Shown here one piece after another: positions 36,744-47,730 of a DNA stretch of 64,000 nucleotides (its first letter is position 1; each line of letters begins with the position of its first letter). The translations under genes were made by a program, and so were the position numbers. The notes beneath the pieces are model-generated. The model was given only the letters and a program-made list of their open reading frames with translations, did no database searches and was not told where the DNA came from. Origin of the DNA: Octopus sinensis (Eukaryota); assembly GCF_006345805.1 (NCBI RefSeq), contig NC_043012.1, positions 32,116,001 to 32,180,000 of the forward strand, given 5' to 3'.

Positions 36744-39700
36744 GTGAGATCGTCGAATTGCTTGAACGGAGGTGTGTAGATATATGCTGTATTCAAGAGG
36801 TGAGGTGGAGAGGAGGTTCTGCTAGGTTCCTCACGGGTAAAGGACAGAGGTATAAAATTTTCTGGGCCGGGAATACTGAAGGAGTCGGCGGAGTGGGTAT
36901 GATTATTGCCGAAAAATGGGTAGATAAGGTTATCGAGGTAGTCAGAGTATGTGACAGAATATTGAAGATTAGATTAGTGCTCCATCATAGTTTAGCAACT
37001 ATTATATCGGCCTATGCCCCTCAGCCAGGGTTACCCGATGGGCAGAAGACCGTTTCTATGACACCCTACTGCAGACCACCTCATTGACGAACAACAGGGA
37101 CCTTCTCTTTGTGGCTGGTGACTTCAATGGGCATGTTGGACGATATGCTGAGGGCTTCTATGGCGTTCATGGAGGCTATGGTTATGGTTCTCGCAATGAG
37201 GAGGGAACCAGGCTGCTGGAGTTCTGTGATGCGAATAGTCTTATGGTTTGCAACACTAACTTCAGGAAACCAACAAGCCACTTGGTCACCTACCGTTCGG
37301 GCCAGCATACTAGCCAAATCGACTACATCCTTGCCAGAAAAAGGGAAAGATGGCTGCTTATGAATGCCAAAACCTTCCCAGGCGAAGAATGTACCCCACA
37401 ACATAGAATGGTAGTCAGTGACTTTAGGATCAGGACTAAGAGGACGACTAGAAGACGACCAACATGGAGAAGAAGGGTCTGGAAGCTTAAAGACCCTGCT
37501 AATGGACAGAGATTTAGAGACATGTTACTTGAAGCCTTCGACGAAATAGAAGGGGGCATAGCTACACATGGGGTAGAAGATAACTGGGCGCTTCTAAGGG
37601 ACAACCTGCTGAAAGCCACTGACCAGATCTGTGGCTGGTGCAAAGTCCCCACAAGACCCAAAATAACGTGGTGGTGGAACAATACTGTTGACAGGGCCAT
37701 TAGACAAAAGAAACAGACTTGGAAGGACTGGAAGAACGGTGGTAGCAGGGAAGTGTATCAGACTGCAAGAAGGGAAGCTAGGAGGCAGGTTTATTTAGCC
37801 AGAGGGGAAGCAGATAGGAAAAAATTTGCCAATGTCCTGCGCCGTGAGGATGAAAGACTTGAGGTATTTCGTATAGCAAGACAGTGTGTGAGAGAGAATC
37901 GTGACGTGGTAGGAGAAAAATGTGTTCGCACGGATGACGGCTCACTTGTGCTAAATGAGGATGCAAAGAGAGAGGTTTGGAGAAGCCACTATGAAAGGTT
38001 GCTGAATGAGGAAAATGAATGGGATAAAGAGAGTCTGCCGAATGTTGACCCAACAGAGGGACCAGCAATCCGAGTTGACAGTTCCTTAGTAGATAAGGTA
38101 ATTAAAAGCATGAAAACAGGGAAAGCCCCAGGCCCATCAGGAATTACTGCAGAGATGCTCAAAATATCTGGTAGTGTCGGCTATAGCCTAGTCACCCGTA
38201 TAGTTAACCAGGTGATACACGAAGGAGTCATTCCCAATGACTGGTGTAGCAGCATAATAGTCAGCTGCTACAAAGGTAAAGGTGACGCCCTAGATACAAA
38301 TAGCTACAGGGGTATCAAGCTGCTGGATCAGGTAATGAAGGTTACGGAGAGGGTTATAGCCCAACTAATTAGAGAGAGAGTTAGCCTAGATCAGATGCAG
38401 TTTGGGTTCGTGCCAGGGAAAAGTACTACTGATGCTATTTTCATGGTAAGACAGCTGCAAGAGAAATACCTAGCCAAAGACAAGCCCCTATACCTGGCTT
38501 TTGTTGATATGGAGAAAGCCTTCGACAGGGTCCCCCGATCCCTCATCTGGTGGTCAATGAGGAAACTAGGGATAGATGAATGGTTAGTGAAAGCTGTACG
38601 AGCCATGTACAGAGACACTGCTAGTAAGGTGAGGGTTGGCACCGAGTACTGTGAAGAATTCAGGGTAGAGGTTGGGGTCCACCAAGGTTCAGTCCTCAGT
38701 CCCCTCCTATTTATCATAGTCCTCCAGGCAATAACAGAGGAATTCAAGACAGGATGCCCCTGGGAGCTCCTCTATGCTGATGACCTTGCTCTAATTGCTG
38801 AGTCTCTATCAGAACTAGAGGAGAAGTTTCAGGTATGGAAACAAGGTTTAGAATCGAAGGGCCTTAGAATCAACCTAGCCAAAACCAAAGTCCTAATAAG
38901 TAGGAAGGTAGACCAATCACAAACGCCTTCAGGTAGATGGCCCTGCTCGATCTGTAGAAAAGGTGTAGGTAGAAACTCTATAAGATGCACCAAGTGTAAG
39001 CTATGGACACATAAGAGGTGCAGCAATGTCAAAGGAAGGCTAACTAGGAAGATGGTTTTTGTATGTGGCAGATGCTCAGGAACAATTAACACTGAAAATG
39101 CTCTGAGACCAACTTCCGTCACTTTCCAGGGAGAAAAGCTAGAAGTAGTTGATAGTTTCCGTTACCTAGGTGACCAAGTCAGTGGCGGGGGCGGGTGCGC
39201 TGAAAGTATAACTGCTAGAGTAAGAATAGCCTGGGCAAAGTTTAGAGAGCTCTTACCCCTGCTGGTGACAAAAGGCCTCTCGCTCAAAGTAAAAGGCAGA
39301 CTGTATGATGCATGTGTACGTACAGCCATGCTACATGGTAGTGAAACTTGGGCTGTGACTGCTGAGGATTTGTGTAAGCTCGCAAGAAATGAAGCTAGTA
39401 TGCTCCGATGGATGTGTAACGTCAGTGTTCATAATCGACAGAGTGTAAGTACCTTGAGAGAAAAGTTGAACCTAAGAAGCATCAGTTGTTGTGTGCAAGA
39501 GAGACGTATGCGCTGGTATGGTCATGTGATGAGAATGGCGGAAGATAGTTGTGTGCGAAAGTGCCACACCCTGGCAGTTGAGGGGACCTGCGGAAGAGGT
39601 AGACCCAGGAAAACCTGGGTCGAGGCGGTGAAGCACGACCTTCGAACTTTAGGTCTCACCAAGGAAATGACCAGTGACCAGGTATGCTGTGCGTGAGAAA

Positions 39701-40561
39701 ACCCAGCAAGTCCAGTGAGAACAGTCAAAATCAAGATCAAACCAAATTGAGGTCGATCAACATCAGGGCCCCCGTGCAGGTGACACGTAAAAGTACCATC
39801 CGTTCGTAGCCGTTTGCCAGCCCTGTCTGGCCCCGTGTCGGTGGCACGTAAAAGCACCATCCGTTTGTGGCCGTTTGCCAGCTCTGTCTGGCCCCCGTGC
39901 CGGTGACACGTAAAAGCACCATCCGTTCGTGGCCGTTTGCCAGCTCTGTCTGGCCCCCGTGCCGGTGACACGTAAAAGCACCATCCGTTCGTGGCCGTTT
40001 GCCAGCCCTGTCTGGCCCCCATGTCGGTGACATGTAAAAGCACCATCCGTTCGTGTCCGTTGCCAGCCTCACCTGGCCCCCGTGCCGGTGACACGTAAAA
40101 GCACCATCCGTTCGTGGCCGTTTGCCAGCCCTGTCTGGCCCCCGTGTCGGTGGCATGTAAAAGCACCATCCGTTCGTGCCCGTGCCGGTGACACGTAAAA
40201 GCACCATCCGTTTCGTGGCCGTTTGCCAGCTCTGTCTGGCCCCCGTGTTGGTGACACGTAAAAGCACCATCCGTTCGTGTCCGTTGCCAGCCTCGCCTGG
40301 CCCCGTGTCGGTGACACGTAAAAGCACCATCCGTTCGTGGCCGTTTGCCAGCTCTGTCTGGCACCTGTGCAGGTGGCACGTAAAAAGCACCCACTACACT
40401 CACGGAGTGGTTGGCGTTAGGAAGGGCATCCAGCCGTAGAAACACTGCCAGATCTGACTGGGCCTGATGAAGCCTTCCAGCTTCACAGACCCCAGTTGAA
40501 CCGTCCAACCCATGCTAGCATGGAGAACGGACGCTAAATGATGATGATGATGATGATGATG
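36744..40561 (+). mobile_element. Near-full-length RTE-clade LINE (APE endonuclease + RT + 3' UTR + (ATG)n)
   Basis: EN motifs CIQEVRW, ISAYAPQ, GDFNGHVG, SQIDYIL and HRMVV. One frameshift at ~37045 joins ORF 36698-37087 to the 870-aa ORF 37084-39696. The first EN residues are truncated. Confidence 0.95.
39770..40390 (+). repeat. ~62 bp minisatellite, about 10 units, inside the RTE 3' UTR
   Basis: AAAAGCACCATCCG recurs near 39789, 39850, 39912, 39974, 40036, 40097, 40159, 40197, 40260 and 40320. One unit is truncated to ~38 bp. Confidence 0.93.
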
Positions 40562-40565
40562 TATG

Positions 40566-40596
<31 letters not shown>

Positions 40597-40664
40597 ATAG
40601 ATATATATATGTATGTATATATATATAGATATATATATGTATATATATATATATTATATATATG

Positions 40665-40703
<39 letters not shown>

Positions 40704-40704
40704 A

Positions 40705-41200
40705 TCATCATCATCGTTTAACGTCCGCTTTCCATGCTAGCATGGGTTGGACGGTTCAACTGGGGTCTGGCAAGCCCGAAGGCTGCACCAGGCCAGTCAG
40801 ATCTGGCAGTGTTTCTACAGCTGGATGCCCTTCCTAACGCCAACCACTCCAAGAGTGTAGTGGGTGATTTTATGTGCCACCGACACAGGTGCCAGACGAG
40901 GCTGGCAGACGGCCACGCTCGGATGGTGTTTTTTATGTGCCACCGACACAGGTGCCAGACGAGGCTGGCAGACGGCCACGCTCGGATGGTGTTTTTTATG
41001 TGCCACCGACACAGGTGCCAGACAAGGCTGGCGAACGGCCACGATTGGATGGTGTTTGTTACGTGCCCACAGCACGGAGGCCAGTCGATGCCGTACTGGC
41101 TACGGCCACGTTCGGATGGTTTTTTTATGTGCCACCGGCACTGGTACCACAAGGATACAAATTCCATTGATGTTCATCTATTTTGATTTGGTTTGATTTT
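40705..41200 (-). mobile_element. RTE 3' end (UTR with ~4 repeat units), tail-to-tail with the full copy
   Basis: (CAT)n followed by the reverse complement of the RTE 3' UTR. Confidence 0.85.
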
Positions 41201-41204
41201 ATTT

Positions 41205-41230
41205 GATATGTATATATATGTATATATATG

Positions 41231-41303
<73 letters not shown>

Positions 41304-41378
41304 ATATATATGTATATATGTATATAATATATGTATATGTATATATATATATGTATGTGTATATATATATATATATAA
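41205..41378. repeat. (TA)n/(TATG)n microsatellite; others at 36620-36743, 40561-40704, 44881-44965, 61135-61184 and 63790-63928; (TAT)n at 41445-41490
   Basis: Directly visible. Confidence 0.95.
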
Positions 41379-41440
41379 GTTATTTCGATCTTGTAAGGAT
41401 GGACTTGGTGCTAACTTAACTGTATCTATTTTTTATTATA

Positions 41441-41492
<52 letters not shown>

Positions 41493-42305
41493 AGTAATTT
41501 TTATTAACTTTTATAGCTTTAGAATCTTATGAACTGTACCACGGATTTAATTATTATTTTTCATCTCCATATATGTTAGCCTTTTTTTTTATATATATAA
41601 AAACTATTAGCCAAATATGTATAATATCGGTACTTATTGATATTAATATATACACTATTATATATTTTGTTTTATTTTGTTCTGTTTACCTTCCTTTTTG
41701 TACAAATGTGTATTATATTATATAAGTGTAGCTTTATGATGTATAAGTTTTTATATTTTACATTTTTATATTTTTATATTTATATGTATATGATTGTATA
41801 ATATTTTTCACTATTATAACAAATTTAATTTAATTCTCTGAAGAGGCCGTGGGGCATCCTTGTTAATGCCTCATTTATACCTGCCTTTATGGCTTATAGG
41901 TTTAATGAGGTATGACTGTCCTCACTGCCGAAATAGCTGTCAGTTTTGATTTATTTGCATATTATATTTGAAAATTTTTTACTTATATCTCTTTATCTTG
42001 TTACTATTACTGTATATCTCATTTCATTTTATGTATTGCCTTTACTCATATGTAATGGTGTATTAAAGTATGGATTGAGTATCATCGGATAGTTGATGTT
42101 TTACTGATTTAAGTATATTTCTCCATTCTCTAATTTTTGTAGTATTAATTTACGGTAATTTTATTACCTTTACCCATATAATGCAATAGATGAACTGATT
42201 GTTTGACAATTTTTAACATCTATGTATTATTTTTGTTGGGTACCTATCTAGCAGTATATTGGATATATATTATCCCATGGTGGGTTGAATTTTCAACCCC
42301 TATCT
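41378..42305 (+). mobile_element. AT-rich insertion between (TA)n tracts, probable Penelope-like terminal fragment
   Basis: Contains a hammerhead-type core. No RT ORF is visible, so the family call is inference. Confidence 0.4.
41831..41948 (+). ncRNA. Candidate type I hammerhead ribozyme motif
   Basis: CTGAAGA at 41838-41844, stem II GGC.GTGGGG/CCTCAC.GCC, GAAA at 41930-41933, palindromic stem III ATAGCTGT, cleavage triplet GUC ending 41941. Stem I is weak. Confidence 0.5.
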
Positions 42306-42319
42306 CATTTTATAATATA

Positions 42320-42351
<32 letters not shown>

Positions 42352-43404
42352 GTATATATATATGTGTATATATGTATGTGTGTGTATGTTTGTGTCTCTG
42401 TATTTGTCCCCACCCAACATCGCTTGACAACCAATGCTGGTGTGTTTACGTCCCCGTAACTTAGCAGTTCGGCAAAAGAGACCGATAGAATAAGTACAAG
42501 GCTTACAAAGAATAAGTCCTGGGGTCGATTTGCTCGACTAAAGGCGGTGCTCCAGCATGGCCACAGTCAAATGACTGAAACAAGTAAAAGAGTAAAGAGC
42601 ACAACAATTTTTACTCTGTCTTAATAAAGAGCTCAAGCACCATTTGCCAGAAAATATTAATATACTGAGGAATATCAAATGTTTTTCAGTAGAAAATATT
42701 TTGCAGCATTTCAAAGAGACAATTTTACCTGTCTTAGAAGCAATGCATTTAAATGAAGAAAAAATTGCTTCGGTTGAAATTCAGTTTAATTACATTCATT
42801 TAGTTAAATGGACAAATACGTCTAATACTGAGGCATTGTGGCTGGAAGTCTTGGAATATAAAGATGCTACTGGAGGAAATCCTTTTAGAAATGTTGCAAA
42901 TTTTGCCATTAATTTATTGACATTGCCAAACTCAAATGCAGAAGTTGAACGGTTGTTCAGTAGTATGGGTGAAATAAAATCAAAATTGAAAAACAAAATG
43001 CATCTTCCTATGCTTAGATCAATACTGTCAATAAAATATTGCCTGAAAAGATGTAACAACTGTTGCAAAAACTTTAATATTCCAAAACACATAAGTAACA
43101 AGATAGGGACCTTGAATGTATACAGAAGTCAAAACCTAGGCACTGCAGCTGAAAGTGATCAAATTAGTGAAATTCAAGAAATTATTTCTCAATGCTGAAT
43201 ATAACCAAAGAAAGTAGACAAAAATTAAGCTTTTTGATATAATTAGTCTTTAGCAATTTTTTTTTCTTATTTAGCATTTTTTTTTGTATTTTTTCTACTG
43301 AAATTTAGCATAAAATTGTGATTTTAAGTTGGCAACACTGATCAAAAGGTTCCCAGACTAATTATGTTTAATAAATAACAACTTATTTACCTAAGTTTTA
43401 ACAT

Positions 43405-44240
43405 CATCTCCTTCAATATAGTCACACGGTGCAACAATACACCAGTCCCAATGTTCCTGCCACTTTTGAAATCCGGCCTGGAAGTCGTTTTTCGTAAGTG
43501 AGTCAAAGACCTTCTGCAATTCATTCGGCAATGGTGTGAAAATGGTGACCTTTGAGCTGCATTTTCATCTTGGGGAAGAGATGAAGTCTGCAGGTGCTAA
43601 ATTTGGCAAATAGGGTGGGTACCATGATTTTGACAAGAAACTCATGTGTGAGGAAAGCTTGATAAAGAATCCAATTCTTTGCACTCCACAGACCGAGACA
43701 CTTTTGCTGAATATCCTCCCTCAAATGCTTCCAAACATTACAGTAGAACTCTCAGTTGATGATCTGGTCCTGGGGCACGAATTCTCGATGCACAATACCG
43801 CATTTCCAGGGGTGACACTCGTGGCAAATCTTCCTGAAGGCGACGAGCTGGCAGAAACGTTAGCATGCTGGGCTAAAGGCTTAGCGGTATTTTGTCCGGC
43901 ACTATGTTCTGAGTTCAAATTTGCCTTTCATTCTTTCGGAGTCAATTAAATAAGTACCAGTTATGCACTGGGGTTGATATAATCGACTTAATCTGTTTGT
44001 CTGTTCTTGTTTGTCCCCTCTGTGTGTAGCCCCTTGTGGGTAGTAAAGAAATAAGACCTTCCAGATAGCTCATTGTCTTCCAGGGACATCCTTCTGCTTT
44101 TGAAGTGCTTGTGCCTCTTGAAACATCGATAACCCATTGCCTCACCGCCATAAGCCTGCCAAAGTATGTTCAATGTCTCTAGCAGACTTCCCAGTTCATC
44201 CTTTGAAATACAAAAAAAAAGGTGTGTCAATCAACCCGCA
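43405..44240 (-). mobile_element. Decayed mariner transposase region interrupted by SINE B (43847-44057)
   Basis: Minus peptides ETL..L.QAYG.EAM...RCF..HK.FK..R.SLED.E.SGR and LFPKMKMQLKGHHF...GFQKW.ERWDWCI...DYIEG. Confidence 0.82.
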
Positions 44241-44299
44241 AGCTATCCCACCATCCAAACTGAAGCTGGTCTTTTCAGCTTCTTGCTAAAAGCATCTTT

Positions 44300-44600
44300 A
44301 ATTTAGTTGTATCTTCCTCCACTTCACTTCTCAGTCATGAGAGGTACCATAAAATACCCAGAGAGAAAACCCTTTCACATTTTTGTGTAAAGTTTACAAC
44401 ACACTCAACACGATACAGATTAGCTGGAACTCCAAAACTCCCTATTCCATCTGACTCATTACTATCTTCACACATACAAAGTGCAGAGAGTGTCTCCAGT
44501 CACTTTAAAAGAATAAGGCCACTGGCACAGACAGCATCCCTTCATTTACACTCAAACAATGTGCCCCAGAGCTATCTCACCAAACTCTTCAATCTCTCTC
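44300..44600 (+). mobile_element. Old CR1/Jockey-type RT fragment
   Basis: Degenerate KATGTDSIPSFTLKQCAPEL..TKLFNLS. Confidence 0.6.
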
Positions 44601-44659
44601 ATCATTAAATACATATATATATGTGTGTAGAGAGATAGAGATACACACACACATATATA

Positions 44660-44877
44660 TATTTCTTTATTACCAACAAGGGGCTAAACATAGAGGGGAC
44701 AAACAAGGACAGACAAAGGGATTAAGTCGATTACATCGACCCCAGTGCATAACTGGTACTTTATTTATCGACCATGAAAGGCAAAGTCGACCTCAGCGGA
44801 ATTTTAACTCAGAATGTAACGGCAGACGAAATACCGCTAAGCATTTCACCCGGCGCGCTAACGTGTCTGCCAGCTTG

Positions 44878-44880
<3 letters not shown>
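44660..44880 (-). mobile_element. SINE family B
   Basis: Reverse match to 29710-29930. Confidence 0.8.
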
Positions 44881-44959
<79 letters not shown>

Positions 44960-45339
44960 ACACACACATATATCTTAGCCTTTGCAACAGATTGTCCTAT
45001 TCCTGAGAAAGTAATGCTTTTGACTGCAACTAATTACTAACCTATTGCTTTACTTCCTCAAGGAACAACTGTACAGCTTCCATAATAATAATAATGAAAT
45101 TGTGTATAGTGCTCAGGTGCACTATAACTAAAGCCAAATCTATTGGAGACCTACTCTCCAATGTTACCAGTGAAGCCTCATTCTTGAGAAATTTAAAGAA
45201 AAATATGTTGTTATACTTGACATCAGTAAATTATTGTCATATTTGGTATGCAGATCTTCTATCTAAACTGCTTTGAATAAGTTTCCTGTGAGATTTGTTA
45301 GATCATTGTGGTTGATTAAAGTGCAACCAACACTATCAA

Positions 45340-46130
45340 ACCACCAAGGAAGGTACAAGCATGGACAGCCTGTCACAAACTAAAGAAGCTCTGGAACTCC
45401 AAATTGCCCAGGCAAATCAGAATCAAGCTGTTCACTACAACTGTCGAATCAGTGTTATTACATGGCAGTGAAACATGGACACAGACAAAAAAATTATCAA
45501 ACGGGCTGGATGACTGCTACAGAAGGGTGCTAGGATCTTTTCAGTTTGAACGGCAGTTTTTCTAGCGATGTCATATGAAATTGTTACCCATAATTATGAC
45601 CCTAGTATCGATCTATTGCATTTCAATCTGTTTTAGGGTTAGGGTTAGGAGTGGGGAGAAGGGTATCTTTTTTTCTTCACAAATGTAAATAAACCCAATC
45701 TGTTTCTTAAACGAGGGACATATTCATACGGCACAGAATGTTTTTACTTCAATAGACGTCATTGATTGGTTGAAATTTCAGAAATTGAAGAAAAAAAACA
45801 ACAAATATCTTACAAACTATAGAATTTTCTCAATAAAGCCAAGAGAAAAAGATGTTTTATAAACACATTCTACTAGTATAGGAAGTTTAATATTTTTTAG
45901 TTACCTAGAAATTATGTTAAAAACTGCTGTTCAAACCGAAAAGATCCGGGTGCCACAAATGACCCTAAATGTGAAATGTCTGACATATAACAAACAAATG
46001 CTGCAACTATCTGGTCATTGCATGTGCCACCCTAAATTCAGAGCATCCAAATTAGTCTTGTGAAATTCACTTCATGGTGATCTAAGAAGAGGAAAATGTT
46101 GTTACACTTACATCGAGAACTTGATCGCAA
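45340..46130 (+). mobile_element. Old LINE RT C-terminal remnant split by MITE copy 4
   Basis: AWTACHKLKKLWNSKLPRQIRIKLFTTTVESVLLHGSETW before the MITE and LQLSGHCMCHP after it. Confidence 0.7.
45533..45947. mobile_element. GGATC-TIR MITE copy 4 (TSD GGGTGCTA/GGGTGCCA) inserted in an old LINE
   Basis: Both TIRs present, 7/8 TSD match, TTAGGGTTAGGGTTAGG inside. Confidence 0.88.
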
Positions 46131-46597
46131 ACATTGGCCTGGAAATGTATCCAGGCCCTTGAGGCAGTGATGCTGGACTGAGAAGTGTGGTGAGTGAACC
46201 TTGTTACCCAGGTTGAAATCCAGCCATAATAAAATTTTAAAAAGTCTTGGAAAGCCTGCAGATGCCATGGTTACAACCCTTCCTACAAACCCTGCTATTT
46301 AAGAGACATAATGCACATTGTCAGCAATTAATGTAGTTGTAGCAAACTCCACAACAACCCAGAACACAAAATAGCATAGTTTTCACATCATGAAGAGTCC
46401 TCAGCAAAGCAAAAGTTCTGAAAAGGAAAAATTACTTGGACATGCAAAGAACAGTTTGTTGTTACAGGTTGCAACTCACATTGCTCCTATCACTGTGCAC
46501 TCATTAATGACTCATCTACAACACTTCAGAACATTAAAATACCATCCTAATACATTATTCTTCTCAACCAATTTAAGTGTGAAAAGCACATAAAGAC

Positions 46598-46753
46598 ATA
46601 AATAATAGCAGGAACAATAACCTTAAGATCTCTAAAAACTTATGCAAAGATAAATAATAGCAGGAGCAGTAACCTTAAGATCTCTAAAAACTTATGCAAA
46701 GATAAATAATAGCAGGAGCAGTAACCTTAAAAGTTCTAAAACTTATGCAAAGA
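46598..46753. repeat. 52-bp tandem repeat, 3 copies
   Basis: ATAAATAATAGCAGGAGCAGTAACCTTAAGATCTCTAAAAACTTATGCAAAG starts at 46598, 46650 and 46702. Confidence 0.9.
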
Positions 46754-47454
46754 TACACATCGTCAGAGATAAATACACTTCCATTCTAATCAAATTTCTC
46801 CTTTTTGCATTTGATGTGACTACCATTAGAAAGCTATGGGCAGATTTGACAACAGAAAAAAAATACCATATGGTACATGATACCATATGGTACTGCATGT
46901 TGTTGTGCATGGTGTGACCCTCAGCTAAAAGGTAGCGTGATATGTCTGCAATACTGGATCTGCTGATCATGTTATAGAACTTCTTAATCAAGGCTGGTTT
47001 GAGCAACATTAAAAAAAAAAAAAAGAAAAAAAACTATATAGCCTGTATATTGCTTCAGTAAAGAAAGCAACCCACAGTTAATCAATCCCTTCTTTTTAGT
47101 ACCGAAAAATTCTTCCTCACTATCCTAATGAATCAATAGAACGTCTGACCAACTCGATATTAATTAAAAGACTTTCCGGTTATGTTGTATTTAAAAGAAA
47201 TGCAGTAGTAGTTAGTAACAATAATATAAATCTATTTAATTTAATATGTATAAATATGAATTGTATGTCCAAATACACGTACACACACAGAGATAATATA
47301 TACATAGATAAAGATTCTAGATAATTCGTAAATACTTCTCGATAATTCCATAAATGGAGAGGAGGTTTCACTACAGAGAATTTCTCTTGCAGCATTTCCA
47401 CAGAAATTTTAGTTTTTGTTAATGAATGAATTAGCAGATAATCGATTTAGAGTT

Positions 47455-47730
47455 GTCTCCCTTAGCCAATCCGGTAGAGGGCAACATCTGTTTTGATCGC
47501 CAAACTCATTTCGTGTCGATTTCAGTTCTTAATCAGGAGTTCTTTCATTACAAAACTCTCTTGGCGATGTCTTGATATAACAATATCTTTTTATATTCAT
47601 CCTCTTAGATAAAAAAAAATGACGTCAAACACCAAAAAGCGTTCTTTCTCGTAAGTTTCTAATTTCCTTTCTGCTTTAATCCTTCTTTTTTTATTATTAA
47701 TTTCCCCCGTCTCAGCAGGTAACCGTCTCT
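47455..47730. promoter_or_regulatory. Possible promoter region (CCAAT 47466-47470, CRE palindrome TGACGTCA 47620-47627, local CpG enrichment)
   Basis: Motifs are seen directly, but function is unproven and no downstream CDS was identified. Confidence 0.3.

Larger units (their letters stand above)
36463..42599 (+). mobile_element. SINE family A split by ~5.7 kb of nested insertions
   Basis: 5' half at 36463-36620 ends at its TA microsatellite. The 3' half resumes at ~42360-42599. Confidence 0.8.
34819..43198 (+). pseudogene. hAT transposase pseudogene (pieces at 34819-35904, ~36275-36458 and ~42600-43198)
   Basis: BED-like C..C/H..H region, LLDES, GTDNA, RCVCHSL, TRWLS and dimerization-domain LLTLPNSNAEVERLFS. 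Multiple frameshifts. Confidence 0.88.
33868..43340 (+). mobile_element. Decayed hAT DNA transposon (~9.5 kb including nested insertions)
   Basis: TIRs CAAGGTTGCCAA / TTGGCAACACTG, 8-bp TSD ACCAAAAG/ATCAAAAG, and TTTAGC subterminal repeats at both ends. Confidence 0.85.

Noticed and set aside
39770-40390. CRISPR-like array of regularly spaced repeats
   Set aside because: The inter-repeat segments are near-identical rather than unique spacers, there are no cas genes, the context is eukaryotic, and it lies within a LINE 3' UTR.
39522-40508. 328-aa and 217-aa minus-strand ORFs
   Set aside because: Products of the GC-rich tandem array read antisense; repetitive peptide with no domain.
40400-41532. 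YIYI-rich ORFs (also at 44623-45040 and 63672-63987)
   Set aside because: Translations of (TA)n microsatellites.
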